Positions 25,985 to 35,199 of a stretch of 35,199 nt of DNA are shown here, piece by piece (position 1 is the first letter of the stretch; the number at the start of each line of letters is the position of its first letter). Below the pieces are notes generated by a model. That model was given only the letters and a program-made list of their open reading frames with translations. It was not told the origin of the DNA and did not search any database. Both the position numbers and the translations under genes were made by a program. Origin of the DNA: a virus (lineage: Duplodnaviria > Caudoviricetes); IMG/VR virus record IMGVR_UViG_3300036546_000143, positions 1-35,199 of that record; one strand, given 5' to 3'.

Positions 25985-26404
25985 ATGTTAATACACCACA
26001 AATTAAACAAGGTAACCATAGTGAAAAATATTACAGATCACCTCGTGGACACCAGTAAAGAAAGTCTCAGAGTTACATCATTCGAAACAGGTCATCGTTA
26101 CACGGTGTCGGGTTTTTCGACTTATAATAACCGTCAGCGTCTGTTGGAGCCGGTTATCAATTCTCGTGAGGACCTGGACATCCTTTTCCAAGACGGTCCT
26201 GTACCCGAGAATGGTGAAAACGGAGTTACGTTGGAGGCGCTTCTTGCAATCTGTAAAGATCGTCTAGAGTATTTCCAATCGGGCAAGTTCCCCTGTAAAG
26301 AAAACGCAGTGGCACTTGAACACATAGAGGGCGCACTTAAGTCGTTGAAAGCCCGCACCAGGAATCGACTCGATCGTGGGGTTGAGGGGAAAGAAATAGT
26401 TTGA
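25985..26404 (+). CDS. tad1: Tad1-like anti-Thoeris/anti-CBASS nucleotide sponge
   Basis: FQDGP...NGVTLEALLAICKDRLEYFQSGKFPCKENAVALEHIEGAL..L..RT..R..RGVEG closely follows the Tad1 pattern as I recall it. Likely start is GTG 26021 (AAGGT RBS). Confidence 0.8.
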   Translation: MLIHHKLNKVTIVKNITDHLVDTSKESLRVTSFETGHRYTVSGFSTYNNRQRLLEPVINSREDLDILFQDGPVPENGENGVTLEALLAICKDRLEYFQSGKFPCKENAVALEHIEGALKSLKARTRNRLDRGVEGKEIV

Positions 26405-26429
26405 GTCCCTCACGGGACTCTTTTTTTTT
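26402..26429 (+). terminator. Intrinsic terminator
   Basis: GAGTCCC-TCAC-GGGACTC plus T-run. Confidence 0.85.
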
Positions 26430-26508
26430 ATTTTGTGTGTAGACATTAAGCTGATTTTATGAGCGAAGTTTAATTAAACACTACACCAATTGGATAGAGG
26501 TAAAACCC

Positions 26509-28248
26509 ATGCCTTCAGTCGTAGTGGAAATCCCAGACACGTACAACGCCATTACGCGCCCTGTCATCATAGAAGTGGCACGGAATTTAATGGAGGTCAT
26601 GGGACTACCAAATGATACCAGCCTACAGTTTCTGGGTGCCAGTGACAGTGGAATACAGCCAGGGTCTACGTTAACAAAGCCCAAAGAGAATAACTCGTTT
26701 CCCCACACTAACAAAATCACCATAGAAGCCAGCGAACAATATATTGAAGACCGTGTTTTAGCTACCGCTGTTAAACGTAAAGAAAACAAAGTCTTTTTCA
26801 TTGACCCTGAGTTACGGGTTTCATTATACCCTGTATACGTAGGGACTGAAATAACGTTGTCTGTTCGATTCCGTGCACAAGACAGAGTGACGGCTGAACG
26901 TTGGAGGGACGAGTTCAGAATACGTACCTCACAGGGTCGAGGGGAGTTGTTACACAACCTCAACTACAATTACGGTATACCACCCCAATACCTTACCATT
27001 CTCAGTGAGATACACACTCTTAGGGAAAATGTAGCGGGATACGGTGAAGATATCCAAACTTGGGTGAGAAAGTGTATCACTAACAAGGTCACTAAGCTTA
27101 CTACGCAGGCAGGTACCGAACCCACATTAGTTATAGGGGAGCAGCAGGTTGGAGTCTTAGGGTGGTTTGAATTTGTAGCGAACCCTGAGACTGGTTCAAA
27201 AGCCGGTGAGGGCGGTGCTTGGGAAACTGGGTTTGATTACAAGTTTGTCTATGATAAAGTCATTGCCACTGCGTTCAATTACCCTTTAACCGTTCATAAC
27301 CAGCTTTTGGACGAACGACTCCGACCCCACAAAGCAGTGTATGACTTGGTACAAGAATATCGCGCACCCAGTTTAACGGGGCATGTGACTGAACAATTCA
27401 ATAAGATCTTTAAGGATGAGCGAAAAACAGGGTTAGGTGGGGTCTGTCTACCTGACTTTGATGAATGGGTACCCAAATATGTTCAGCCTTTCACCACAAC
27501 GATCTTAAGCGCTTTAATGGTAGTTGACTTAGATGACCCTAAAAACCTACTCAATCTAAAGGAGTTGGGCGACTTCCAGTTAGACCCTGTTATTTTAACG
27601 TTTATGTCAGGGGAGGCGAAGTACATGAATTTGACCAACCAGTCCATTTTCCATGTGTCACTGTTTAACTGGGAATATCCGCTCAATGACACTTCGATAA
27701 CGGTGGATGAAAATCTGAATGTCACGAGTCGTTTGGATCTTAACCCCCGCAATCAGTACCATTTCAGGTTGGCGCTCTCGTCTGACTTCACTGTTCTGAG
27801 TAAGGGTGCCATAGAACGCCTCAGAAACAACCCTGACGCCTTTTTCGAGATCATTAAGATACTTGATCCAGCTTTCTCACAAACGTGTTACACGCCGTTT
27901 TACGAACGTTTAGGATTCTCGCCAGAAACGAAGTTGTTGGCGTTATTTGAGGGTCTACCCGAAGGGCTATCAGAGGACACAGTTTTAAAAGACCTCTTTT
28001 GCTCTCCACTCCTGAGTGAACTTTTAGAAACTAACCCAGACCTCTACGCCAAAGTGAAAAAGATGGTCAACGATCTTTTGGTAGCTGTGGGTCTGCTCCC
28101 TAAACCGATCGGGGGTAAGGTAGTCTCCTTTAAAGACACTCAAGAAATAGTGCGTCGAATCTCCAAACACGTCATTAAGAATCCAGCCCAAATAGAGCAT
28201 CGACTTAAAACGGTTGGCCAGTACGTGATAATAGCACGTAAGGAATGA
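26509..28248 (+). CDS. Virion structural protein (phiKZ-like)
   Basis: 579 aa, GAGGT RBS, upstream TATG (26458), first gene of a structural operon. Confidence 0.7.
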   Translation: MPSVVVEIPDTYNAITRPVIIEVARNLMEVMGLPNDTSLQFLGASDSGIQPGSTLTKPKENNSFPHTNKITIEASEQYIEDRVLATAVKRKENKVFFIDPELRVSLYPVYVGTEITLSVRFRAQDRVTAERWRDEFRIRTSQGRGELLHNLNYNYGIPPQYLTILSEIHTLRENVAGYGEDIQTWVRKCITNKVTKLTTQAGTEPTLVIGEQQVGVLGWFEFVANPETGSKAGEGGAWETGFDYKFVYDKVIATAFNYPLTVHNQLLDERLRPHKAVYDLVQEYRAPSLTGHVTEQFNKIFKDERKTGLGGVCLPDFDEWVPKYVQPFTTTILSALMVVDLDDPKNLLNLKELGDFQLDPVILTFMSGEAKYMNLTNQSIFHVSLFNWEYPLNDTSITVDENLNVTSRLDLNPRNQYHFRLALSSDFTVLSKGAIERLRNNPDAFFEIIKILDPAFSQTCYTPFYERLGFSPETKLLALFEGLPEGLSEDTVLKDLFCSPLLSELLETNPDLYAKVKKMVNDLLVAVGLLPKPIGGKVVSFKDTQEIVRRISKHVIKNPAQIEHRLKTVGQYVIIARKE

Positions 28249-28252
28249 TCCC

Positions 28253-29638
28253 ATGCCCATTTTGACTAGTAAGAGTAGTGCTCCCACAGAAAAGGTGGAG
28301 ACGACACCGAATGCGTTACCGCCAACGTACCATTCGGAAACCGTGGATTCCCGCTACGTTCCAGCGGCTTCACTGTTAACACACATCGAAGGGTCCAGTT
28401 GGTCCGTCACGTTTTTCAGTCAAGTGGTTGATGTAGACACTGAGTTGCAGCCACAACAGCTCTCTCTTCAGGCCGCGTATCAACAGTATATCCGAATAAA
28501 CCGTTTAGAACTGAAGGTTTCGTCTGACCTACAGACCTCACAAAACGAAGAAACCAAAGCGATGGAAGTGGTGGGTAGCGCCACCATGTACCCCTTTGTT
28601 GTTCCCAATAAAGGGGATATGTTCATAGCAGACATCGGTGATGGTCGTCAAGGTATCTTCACGATCACTCGCAGTGAACGTAAAACGATCTTGAAAGAAA
28701 CCTGTTACTTGGTGGATTACCTTCTTGTCAGTTATGACAATAAAGAACGGTTGGATGACCTTGAGCAGAAAACCATCAAGACCACACATTTTGTTAAAGA
28801 GTTTCTACAACACGGTCAGAACCCAGTTATCGTCGACAGTGAGTTCAACGCCGTTGTAGAATTGAAACGGGGATATAAACGTCTATTGGCCCACTACTTT
28901 GCCGATTTCTATAGTCTGGAATATGGGACGTTGTTAGTACCTGATCAGAAAGAGGTCACCTATGACCCCTTCCTGACTAAGGCGGTTGTCAGTGTGCTCG
29001 ACACTACAGAAAACCCCATTGTTAAAAAGATTAAGACCCTCAATGTGGATTATGATCAAGCAATGAAGATGATCAACATCTGGAATTGTCTATTAACGAT
29101 GTCGGGTGACTTGTTGGTGTTGGCGGGTCAAAAATACGGGCTTACGTCTGTTGAAAACTTTGATATCGACGCTCGGTATGAAGGCATCCGCTATTCAGGG
29201 GTACGTAACGTTGTTTACCCACTGGATGAGCGAACTGATGTAGACGCCGATTATTGTGAGCCACACGACCTGGTAACCAGTTTAATCGTACAAGGTAAAA
29301 CGCGTACCAGTGAAGTGCGCCGTTTAGTTTTTGAACCTTCGTTGGACGGTTTTCATTCTGAAGGACAAACTGAAGTTGAGGGGGTAGATGCGTTACCCAC
29401 TATCCACAAGGTAACAAAAGACAATTACTACGTTTTCAGCGAAGCACTTTATTTTGAAGACCCCGCTAAACGGTCACAGTTGGAAGTGTTGGTTCAAGAT
29501 GCCCTTTATCATAAGCCAATAAATCTTCTAGTCCTTAAAAGGCTAGTCGATGAAGCTAAGCGTTGGGGCAACCTTGAGCGATTCTATTACATCCCTGTTC
29601 TAATCATGTTAATTAAAACAGCATTGAGAGGCTTTTGA
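28253..29638 (+). CDS. Virion structural protein (phiKZ-like)
   Basis: 461 aa with LLTHIEGSSW.VTFFSQ, PNKGDMFIADIGDGR and W.NLERFYYIP. Confidence 0.7.
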   Translation: MPILTSKSSAPTEKVETTPNALPPTYHSETVDSRYVPAASLLTHIEGSSWSVTFFSQVVDVDTELQPQQLSLQAAYQQYIRINRLELKVSSDLQTSQNEETKAMEVVGSATMYPFVVPNKGDMFIADIGDGRQGIFTITRSERKTILKETCYLVDYLLVSYDNKERLDDLEQKTIKTTHFVKEFLQHGQNPVIVDSEFNAVVELKRGYKRLLAHYFADFYSLEYGTLLVPDQKEVTYDPFLTKAVVSVLDTTENPIVKKIKTLNVDYDQAMKMINIWNCLLTMSGDLLVLAGQKYGLTSVENFDIDARYEGIRYSGVRNVVYPLDERTDVDADYCEPHDLVTSLIVQGKTRTSEVRRLVFEPSLDGFHSEGQTEVEGVDALPTIHKVTKDNYYVFSEALYFEDPAKRSQLEVLVQDALYHKPINLLVLKRLVDEAKRWGNLERFYYIPVLIMLIKTALRGF

Positions 29639-30222
29639 TGCGGCAGGATAACCCGAACCACAGTCCCGCGTATAAGATTTTCCATTACAACTTTGAAGTG
29701 ACTATACCGACTATCTACTTGTATTCGCCTGAATACTTGAAAACGTTCGGGTTAAGTAGCTCCGGTGACAAGCGTATCGACGAGGGTCAGGTTATGGCCC
29801 CCACCAGAGCCCACCTGACCATCGCGGCCATGGCGGAGTACCACGACGACGGTGCATCGATAGGTCTTATTAACCCGGAAGACTCTGCGCGAATTTACAC
29901 GTACATCAGTCAACATCTTCGTGATTGGAAAGACACTATCTCACGTGATATAAACCGACGCAACAGTCCTACAGAAGACCTCAGGAAGTTGGAAAACTTT
30001 GCGAAAGAAGTGTATAAGAGTGCCCGCCATTTCATCCAGGAAGAGCCCACCAATAGCTCACTGTTTAATAAACTGAATGAGATGGGTAGACGTCGCCCAA
30101 CCTTGCGGGGCGAATCCGTTAAGAAACCCAAGGTTGAGTTACCTGAAAAACACGAAAACCTTATCGATGACCTAATCGTGGAGCACTCCAAACGTAATCG
30201 ACGCGGAGGGTTCCGCCGTTAA
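29635..30222 (+). CDS. Conserved hypothetical protein
   Basis: 195 aa, overlaps the previous stop. Confidence 0.75.
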   Translation: MMRQDNPNHSPAYKIFHYNFEVTIPTIYLYSPEYLKTFGLSSSGDKRIDEGQVMAPTRAHLTIAAMAEYHDDGASIGLINPEDSARIYTYISQHLRDWKDTISRDINRRNSPTEDLRKLENFAKEVYKSARHFIQEEPTNSSLFNKLNEMGRRRPTLRGESVKKPKVELPEKHENLIDDLIVEHSKRNRRGGFRR

Positions 30223-30237
30223 CAACAAGGGCTCATT

Positions 30238-31581
30238 ATGATCATTGAACAGACCACACTTTACAACGAGGTGATGGAAGCTTTTTCGGGCGGTGCTAAA
30301 CCCGCCCACTATCTCTACGGTGCGGTTTTTGAAATTGAAGGGGAGTTAATCGAACCCATTAAAGTGGATGGTTTACACATTGATCGCCAATATACCAGCC
30401 GATATGCCGATGCAATCATGTTGTATGTCACTTTCCCACTGGGTAAGTTTACTAAACGTGTTTACCCTTTTAAGGACAATATACGTGTCACATTGAATCG
30501 AACCCCTCAGGGGGAAGTGACCCCTCATGTCAATTATGAGCACAACATCACAAGCCAAGGCTATCGTGCAATATTGGTTGACAAAGGCGATATGGGTCTA
30601 GAAGGTAATATACCTACGATGACCGATGAAGAAGATGCTGACAGGGCCGGGTTTATTAACGTGCAGTTTCAGCTCTTAGATGAGGGGTTGGAGTATATAC
30701 GTTTAAAGACAACCGGCGGTATATTGCGAAACGAGAACCCAGGAAACGCGCTAAAAACGTTACTGACGTCGGAGTCCATTAACTTACCCCATTCCATTGA
30801 GAGTAAAATCCGTGGAGTGACCATGGTGGAGCCTGATAACCGGGAACGGCGTAAACACATCCTGATCCCACCTATACCAGTAGTGGATCTCCCCAACTTC
30901 ATTCAGAAAGAGTGTGGGGGTATCTACTCCACAGGAATAGGCTGTTATTTACAAAACGGGAACTGGTACATCTATCCTGAGTATAATACGGACCGTTTTG
31001 AAACCAGTCGGGAGAGCTTACTGATCTTCAACATACCACCACAACGCCTTCCACATGTGGAACGTACCTATTACGCAGAAGGGAAGTCAGTGCACATCCT
31101 TTCAACAGGGGACGTTAAACATGCAGACGGTTCTGAAGTGCGTCAGTTGAATGAAGGGAATGGGGTGAGGTTTACCGACCCAGGTAAAATGTTAGAAGGG
31201 TTTGGTAAAACCGAGAATAACCGCACCCGTATTCAACGAGGGGAATTCAATAACGAACTGAAGTCCAGTGATAGACGAACAGGGTTAGATAACGTCCGTG
31301 TCTCAGGGGATCGTTTTAACAGTAACGTCTTTTACGAGTATTCTAAATTGGCATCTCGTAAGGGTGAGTACCTCCAAGTCACCTGGCAAAATTCTCAACC
31401 TGAATTAATCAAACCAGGAATGCCGGTACGGTTCTATTCGTACAACCGGGAGGGCTTGGTTGAACGAGACGGAGTAGTGGTGGCTGCTGAGCACACCATC
31501 ACAGTTCCTAACCCTGGTCTGAAGGTCAGTAAACACAGTTGTAATTCGGCGGTTACAGTTTTTTTAAAACGACTGAAATGA
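30238..31581 (+). CDS. Baseplate hub-like virion protein (phiKZ gp101-like)
   Basis: GGIYSTGIGCYLQ, WYIYP and WQNSQPELIKPGMPV (hub/gp27-like C-terminal IxPG motif). Confidence 0.65.
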   Translation: MIIEQTTLYNEVMEAFSGGAKPAHYLYGAVFEIEGELIEPIKVDGLHIDRQYTSRYADAIMLYVTFPLGKFTKRVYPFKDNIRVTLNRTPQGEVTPHVNYEHNITSQGYRAILVDKGDMGLEGNIPTMTDEEDADRAGFINVQFQLLDEGLEYIRLKTTGGILRNENPGNALKTLLTSESINLPHSIESKIRGVTMVEPDNRERRKHILIPPIPVVDLPNFIQKECGGIYSTGIGCYLQNGNWYIYPEYNTDRFETSRESLLIFNIPPQRLPHVERTYYAEGKSVHILSTGDVKHADGSEVRQLNEGNGVRFTDPGKMLEGFGKTENNRTRIQRGEFNNELKSSDRRTGLDNVRVSGDRFNSNVFYEYSKLASRKGEYLQVTWQNSQPELIKPGMPVRFYSYNREGLVERDGVVVAAEHTITVPNPGLKVSKHSCNSAVTVFLKRLK

Positions 31582-31608
31582 GGTTCCGGGGCCCAGTCCC
31601 GGAGCTTT
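31580..31608 (+). terminator. Probable terminator hairpin
   Basis: GAGGTTCCGGG-GCCCAGT-CCCGGAGCTTT. Confidence 0.6.
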
Positions 31609-31684
31609 ACCCTTTATGTCCGGTTTTTTAGAAGTATACTGTGATTGGTCCGATGTTTTAGGATAAACACGATAGGAGTCTCAA

Positions 31685-32191
31685 GTGAGTGCGACGAATG
31701 TAATTTTGGCGATAGTCAACGAGGCGTACTTACTACCATTTATCTTGACCGACGAAGGCGTCACTTTCGGTGAGGCGTACACCAGTACGCGCTGGCCAGG
31801 CGCTGATTCAGCAATTGAAATCACAGGTACCGGGGACAACGATTTTAGCGGTGAATTCACTGTTTACTATAACCGCTTTGATCTTTCAACGCTTAACGAA
31901 CCTCTTGAAGTGGTCGTTAACGAGGATACCACCCTTGAGGACGTTAAAGAAGCTATCTCACTTTACCTTAACGCCTTCCCAGAAGAGTTAACGTTTGACG
32001 TTGACACGTTACCTGTACTAAAAGACGGTGAGTCCGCCACGATCACGCTAATGGCTATAGAAGGCTCTTCTGCGTATTATGGTTCCACTCCAGTTGTTTT
32101 AACGTTTGACTCAATTGATGATATTCGTCTTATGGAAGATGGTAGTGTTCGTTTAATGGAGGACGGTACATCACGTCTTTTAGAGGTCTAA
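31685..32191 (+). CDS. Putative tail-associated virion protein
   Basis: 168 aa, FSGEFTVYYNRFDL, C-terminal tandem RLMEDG repeats, AGGAG RBS. Confidence 0.7.
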   Translation: MSATNVILAIVNEAYLLPFILTDEGVTFGEAYTSTRWPGADSAIEITGTGDNDFSGEFTVYYNRFDLSTLNEPLEVVVNEDTTLEDVKEAISLYLNAFPEELTFDVDTLPVLKDGESATITLMAIEGSSAYYGSTPVVLTFDSIDDIRLMEDGSVRLMEDGTSRLLEV

Positions 32192-32216
32192 TGTTTTTTG
32201 AAAGGAAGGTTTAGGG

Positions 32217-33242
32217 ATGTCTAAAATCAGTATGATGTCTCCCGCCGGTCCGTTGACGGGCGAGGAGCTAATAGAACTTGTACAAAATGGACAGAACGTC
32301 AGAGGAACGATCGCTGACTTAGTGACCGCCGGTAAATCAGCATATGACGTTGCTGTTGAAAATGGGTTTGTGGGAACCGAGACTGAGTGGCTTAACTCGT
32401 TAACGGGTAAAGGTGCATTTGAAACCGCTGTAGAGTTGGGTTTCTCAGGTACCGAAAGTGAATGGGTCAATGGTCTGGTCGGCGCGTCTGCCTACGACGT
32501 TGCAGTGTCTGCAGGCTTCACCGGTACTGAAAGCGAGTGGTTAGTCTCCCTGAAGGGTGAACCTGGTGAGCGCGGTAATGACGGTCTGAGCGCGTATCAG
32601 ATCGCTGTGGGAAATGGTTTTGTAGGGACTGAGCAAGATTGGTTAACTTCCCTTAAAGGGGAACCTGGTCTCAAAGGCGATAAAGGCGACAAGGGGGATC
32701 AAGGTACTCCTGGTTCTACGTCGTATGACATTGCCGTGGCTAACGGCTTTGTAGGGACTGAGTCCGACTGGGTCAGTTTGGTTCAGCAAGCTGCCCAAGG
32801 TGGCGTTGTTAAATTTACGGATTTGATCGTCACTAAGCGTGTAGATTTACCGTTTAACGGTATCCCAGGTCGCTACCAGTTGTGGGCCTATGGCACACAA
32901 GCAGATATAGACCAGGTGGTAGTTTCAACTACAGACGGTACGACGTTCGAAATCACCAACGTACCACCCAATTTAACACTGAAATCAATGCACCTGTTTT
33001 ATGATGCAGGTTATAACCAGGGTACTGCTTTCTTCCTGAAGTATCCCGACCCGTATGGAGACACAGATGGTGACGGTATCGACATGTGGCCACCACTGTT
33101 TTACATGTACAACCATGGTGTACCCACAGTGCTTCAGGCACAGTCACTTCAGGGGTATCGAAATGAAGGGGGTATTATCACCCTTCAAAAGACAGCTATC
33201 ATTTCAGGGAAGGCTGCACGCTTCCGTATTGACTTCACCTAA
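32217..33242 (+). CDS. Collagen-like tail fibre/whisker protein
   Basis: Five SAY..AV..GF.GTE.EW..SL.G repeats and Gly-X-Y runs (GEPGLKGDKGDKGDQGTPG). Confidence 0.8.
   Translation: MSKISMMSPAGPLTGEELIELVQNGQNVRGTIADLVTAGKSAYDVAVENGFVGTETEWLNSLTGKGAFETAVELGFSGTESEWVNGLVGASAYDVAVSAGFTGTESEWLVSLKGEPGERGNDGLSAYQIAVGNGFVGTEQDWLTSLKGEPGLKGDKGDKGDQGTPGSTSYDIAVANGFVGTESDWVSLVQQAAQGGVVKFTDLIVTKRVDLPFNGIPGRYQLWAYGTQADIDQVVVSTTDGTTFEITNVPPNLTLKSMHLFYDAGYNQGTAFFLKYPDPYGDTDGDGIDMWPPLFYMYNHGVPTVLQAQSLQGYRNEGGIITLQKTAIISGKAARFRIDFT
32331..32787 (+). repeat. Five ~25-aa coding repeats in the fibre gene
   Basis: GKSAYDVAVENGFVGTETEWLNSL and four variants; boundaries approximate. Confidence 0.8.
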
Positions 33243-33263
33243 TGACACAGGGAGGTCTTTCTA

Positions 33264-33836
33264 ATGTCTAAGTTGTCTTTTCAATCCAAAATCATTTTGG
33301 ACAGTGTGTACGAAACAGGAGTTTCGGGGGACTGGGTGTTAACATTTACAGTAGATGACGGTGAAGGTATATTCACAGGGTCTTCTGTTCAAGTGGGTGA
33401 CTACATCGTTATAGACACAGGTTCCTTTGAACCGGGTACCATAACGTTGTATGAACTTATCTCGTTGGAAACGCCGCATTTCAGAACACCCACCGCGATA
33501 ATCCGGTATCACCATAGCAACAATAATGCTGTTCCTAACCCAGACCTTTCTTATAGTCTGGGACAATTGGCATTGATCACGCGCCCCTCTAGCAATATAG
33601 GTATGGTGAATATTCCATCTGCCGATGCCCAGCAGATGAGTGATCGCTTTAGCATGTACCTCACCAACTTTAACCTGAATACTATAGCCGATCCAGCTAT
33701 AGGTCAAGGGGGTGCTGGAGAGGTTTTACCCAATGATGATAAATTATATGCTAAAGTGAATAATGAGTGGTCGGATACTGGTGATATAAAAGACCCAGTA
33801 ACAGGCACCATTGTTACTGATTTGGGTAGTTATTGA
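33264..33836 (+). CDS. Hypothetical tail-associated protein
   Basis: 190 aa, GGAGGT RBS, in the fibre cluster. Confidence 0.75.
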   Translation: MSKLSFQSKIILDSVYETGVSGDWVLTFTVDDGEGIFTGSSVQVGDYIVIDTGSFEPGTITLYELISLETPHFRTPTAIIRYHHSNNNAVPNPDLSYSLGQLALITRPSSNIGMVNIPSADAQQMSDRFSMYLTNFNLNTIADPAIGQGGAGEVLPNDDKLYAKVNNEWSDTGDIKDPVTGTIVTDLGSY

Positions 33837-33944
33837 GTAAAAGATGTTTTACAATATGAAGGTGTAAAACTTTCGACCCTTTACGGTATTCTATAGGTGT
33901 TATAGGTACCGTTTCACAACACCGTTAAACCATGGGAATAAACG

Positions 33945-34490
33945 ATGAAAAAGATTCTTTTTAAACGCAGTGAAGTGGCTGCCAAAGCACCGTTGGCCAC
34001 AGACCTGGATGTGGGTGAAATCGCGCTTAACCTGGCTGATCGCACCATTTTCTCCAAAAACAGTGCCGGTGAAGTTATCAGCCTGTCTGCTACTTCCGTA
34101 GCCGACGTTGAAGGTCTGCAGGGAGCGCTTGACCTTAAGCGTGACCTTAGCAACAACGACTTTACCAATTACACGCTGGTCAGCGTTGACACTGTCGACA
34201 CCATCGACCTGAATGCTGCCCAGATGTTCCGTGTGGATAGCTCTGTAGCTCGCACTCTGACGTTTGCCAACGTGCCGGGTGCAGGTAAGGCCACCACCAT
34301 CCTGATTCACCTTCACAATATCACAGAAGGTGTTGTACACACTTGGCCAGCTGGCGCACAGTGGTCGACTGGTGAACCTCCCTTTATAGAAGGTAGCTGG
34401 ATGAACATCGTAGCCCTCTGGACTGGTGCTGAATGGACTCTGAGCGTGGGTTCTGCTGAAGTGACCCGTTTTGACCTGGGCCAACTGTAA
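33945..34490 (+). CDS. Tail fibre-associated protein
   Basis: ILFKRS..A.KAP...DL..GEIALNLAD..IF.KN (T4 long-fibre-type N-terminus), ADVEGLQGALD motif, C-terminal TWPA...W. Confidence 0.75.
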   Translation: MKKILFKRSEVAAKAPLATDLDVGEIALNLADRTIFSKNSAGEVISLSATSVADVEGLQGALDLKRDLSNNDFTNYTLVSVDTVDTIDLNAAQMFRVDSSVARTLTFANVPGAGKATTILIHLHNITEGVVHTWPAGAQWSTGEPPFIEGSWMNIVALWTGAEWTLSVGSAEVTRFDLGQL

Positions 34491-34556
34491 GGCTAGTCCT
34501 TTAACCTGGCCCCCGTCTTTCTTAATTTGATTTTTCATAAAAAGGTAATTTGACAA

Positions 34557-35199
34557 ATGGCTATTAAAATTCTGTTTAAACGCGGTACAGCGGCTCAGAA
34601 CGACGCTTTCACTGGTGAATCCGGTAGCGTTACCATCGACACCGAAAATAACCGCTTGCGCATTCACGACGGTGTGACTCCGGGTGGTCACTCTGCTGCA
34701 TCTCTGGTAGATGTACAGAACATCACCAGCACCATCAACAACCTGGCCATCACCGACATCGCTGGTCTGGAAGCTGCACTGACTCAGATCGGTGCGGACA
34801 TTACTGCTGTTGAAGACCGTGCCACTGCACTGGAAGGTCGCGCTACCGCACTCGAAACCGAAACAGCCCGTCTTGAAACTGACAAGATCGACGTAGCCGA
34901 GAAAGGCGTAGCGGACGGTGTTGCCACCCTGGATGCCAACGGTAAAGTGCCGTTGACTCAACTGTCTGACTCCATTCTGGGTCAGGTTGAGTACATGGGT
35001 GTTTGGGACGCTGCCACTAATGCACCCGTACTGCCCCTGGACGCCAGTGGTCTGAAAGGTAACTACTACGTTACTACCGTAGCCGGTACTTTCGATGGTA
35101 AAGACTTCCAGGTCGGTGACTGGATCATCTCCAACGGTGTAACTTGGGACAAAGTGGACAACACCGATGCGGTTGCCACTGTACAGGGTCGTACTGGTA
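34557..35199 (+). CDS. Tail fibre protein with Mtd-N-like N-terminus (3'-truncated)
   Basis: Absent from the ORF track. MAIKILFKRGTAAQNDAFTGESGSVTIDTENNRLRIHDGVTPGGH, then DIAGLEAAL, coiled coil and GVATLDANGKVP. AAGGT RBS. Open to the window end. Confidence 0.85.
   Translation, partial: MAIKILFKRGTAAQNDAFTGESGSVTIDTENNRLRIHDGVTPGGHSAASLVDVQNITSTINNLAITDIAGLEAALTQIGADITAVEDRATALEGRATALETETARLETDKIDVAEKGVADGVATLDANGKVPLTQLSDSILGQVEYMGVWDAATNAPVLPLDASGLKGNYYVTTVAGTFDGKDFQVGDWIISNGVTWDKVDNTDAVATVQGRTG

Noticed and set aside
11906-26461. TATG late-promoter motifs (11906, 14944, 22831, 25984, 26458)
   Set aside because: Positions upstream of late-type genes fit phiKZ late promoters, but a 4-nt motif cannot be called individually without TSS data.
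33883-33913. Hairpin ACGGTATTCTATAG-GTG-TTATAGGTACCGT upstream of 33945
   Set aside because: Single imperfect stem, no U-tract and no second copy, so no function can be assigned.
33900-34961. 353-aa minus-strand ORF
   Set aside because: Antisense shadow of two codon-biased plus-strand fibre genes (33945 and 34557) that have RBSs and recognisable motifs.
1-35199. DGR template repeat or reverse transcriptase within the window
   Set aside because: By eye, I found no second AAY-rich copy of 15578-15697 and no RT-like ORF. They must lie outside the window if they exist.

Overview
This window is part of a phiKZ-like jumbo phage genome (Chimalliviridae-type). It carries the virion RNA polymerase beta' C-terminal subunit (gp80-like), the exonuclease/motif-A half of the split B-family DNA polymerase (gp82-like), and head, inner-body, baseplate and tail-fibre genes. 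Early accessory islands sit behind TATATTAC promoters. All protein calls come from recognised motifs and remembered phiKZ gene order; no searches were run. Four things go beyond the ORF track. (1) The DNA polymerase gene is split by two ORF-less, near-twin group I introns. Both are inserted at TGGAT^A, and splicing restores a 561-aa protein containing motif A (DLDIVSTYP). (2) A C-type-lectin-like gene (14981-15697) ends in an adenine-depleted segment resembling the variable region of a diversity-generating retroelement (DGR). It is followed by a structured cis element that recurs 15.7 kb away, after the 3' end of a probable paralog at the window start. This suggests a multi-target DGR-like system whose reverse transcriptase and template repeat would lie outside the window. 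(3) A T8 slippery site predicts a -1 frameshift fusing 3788-5347 to 5446-5787, resembling the tail chaperone G/GT arrangement. (4) Two anti-defence candidates are present: a Tad1-like sponge and a DarG-like macrodomain.
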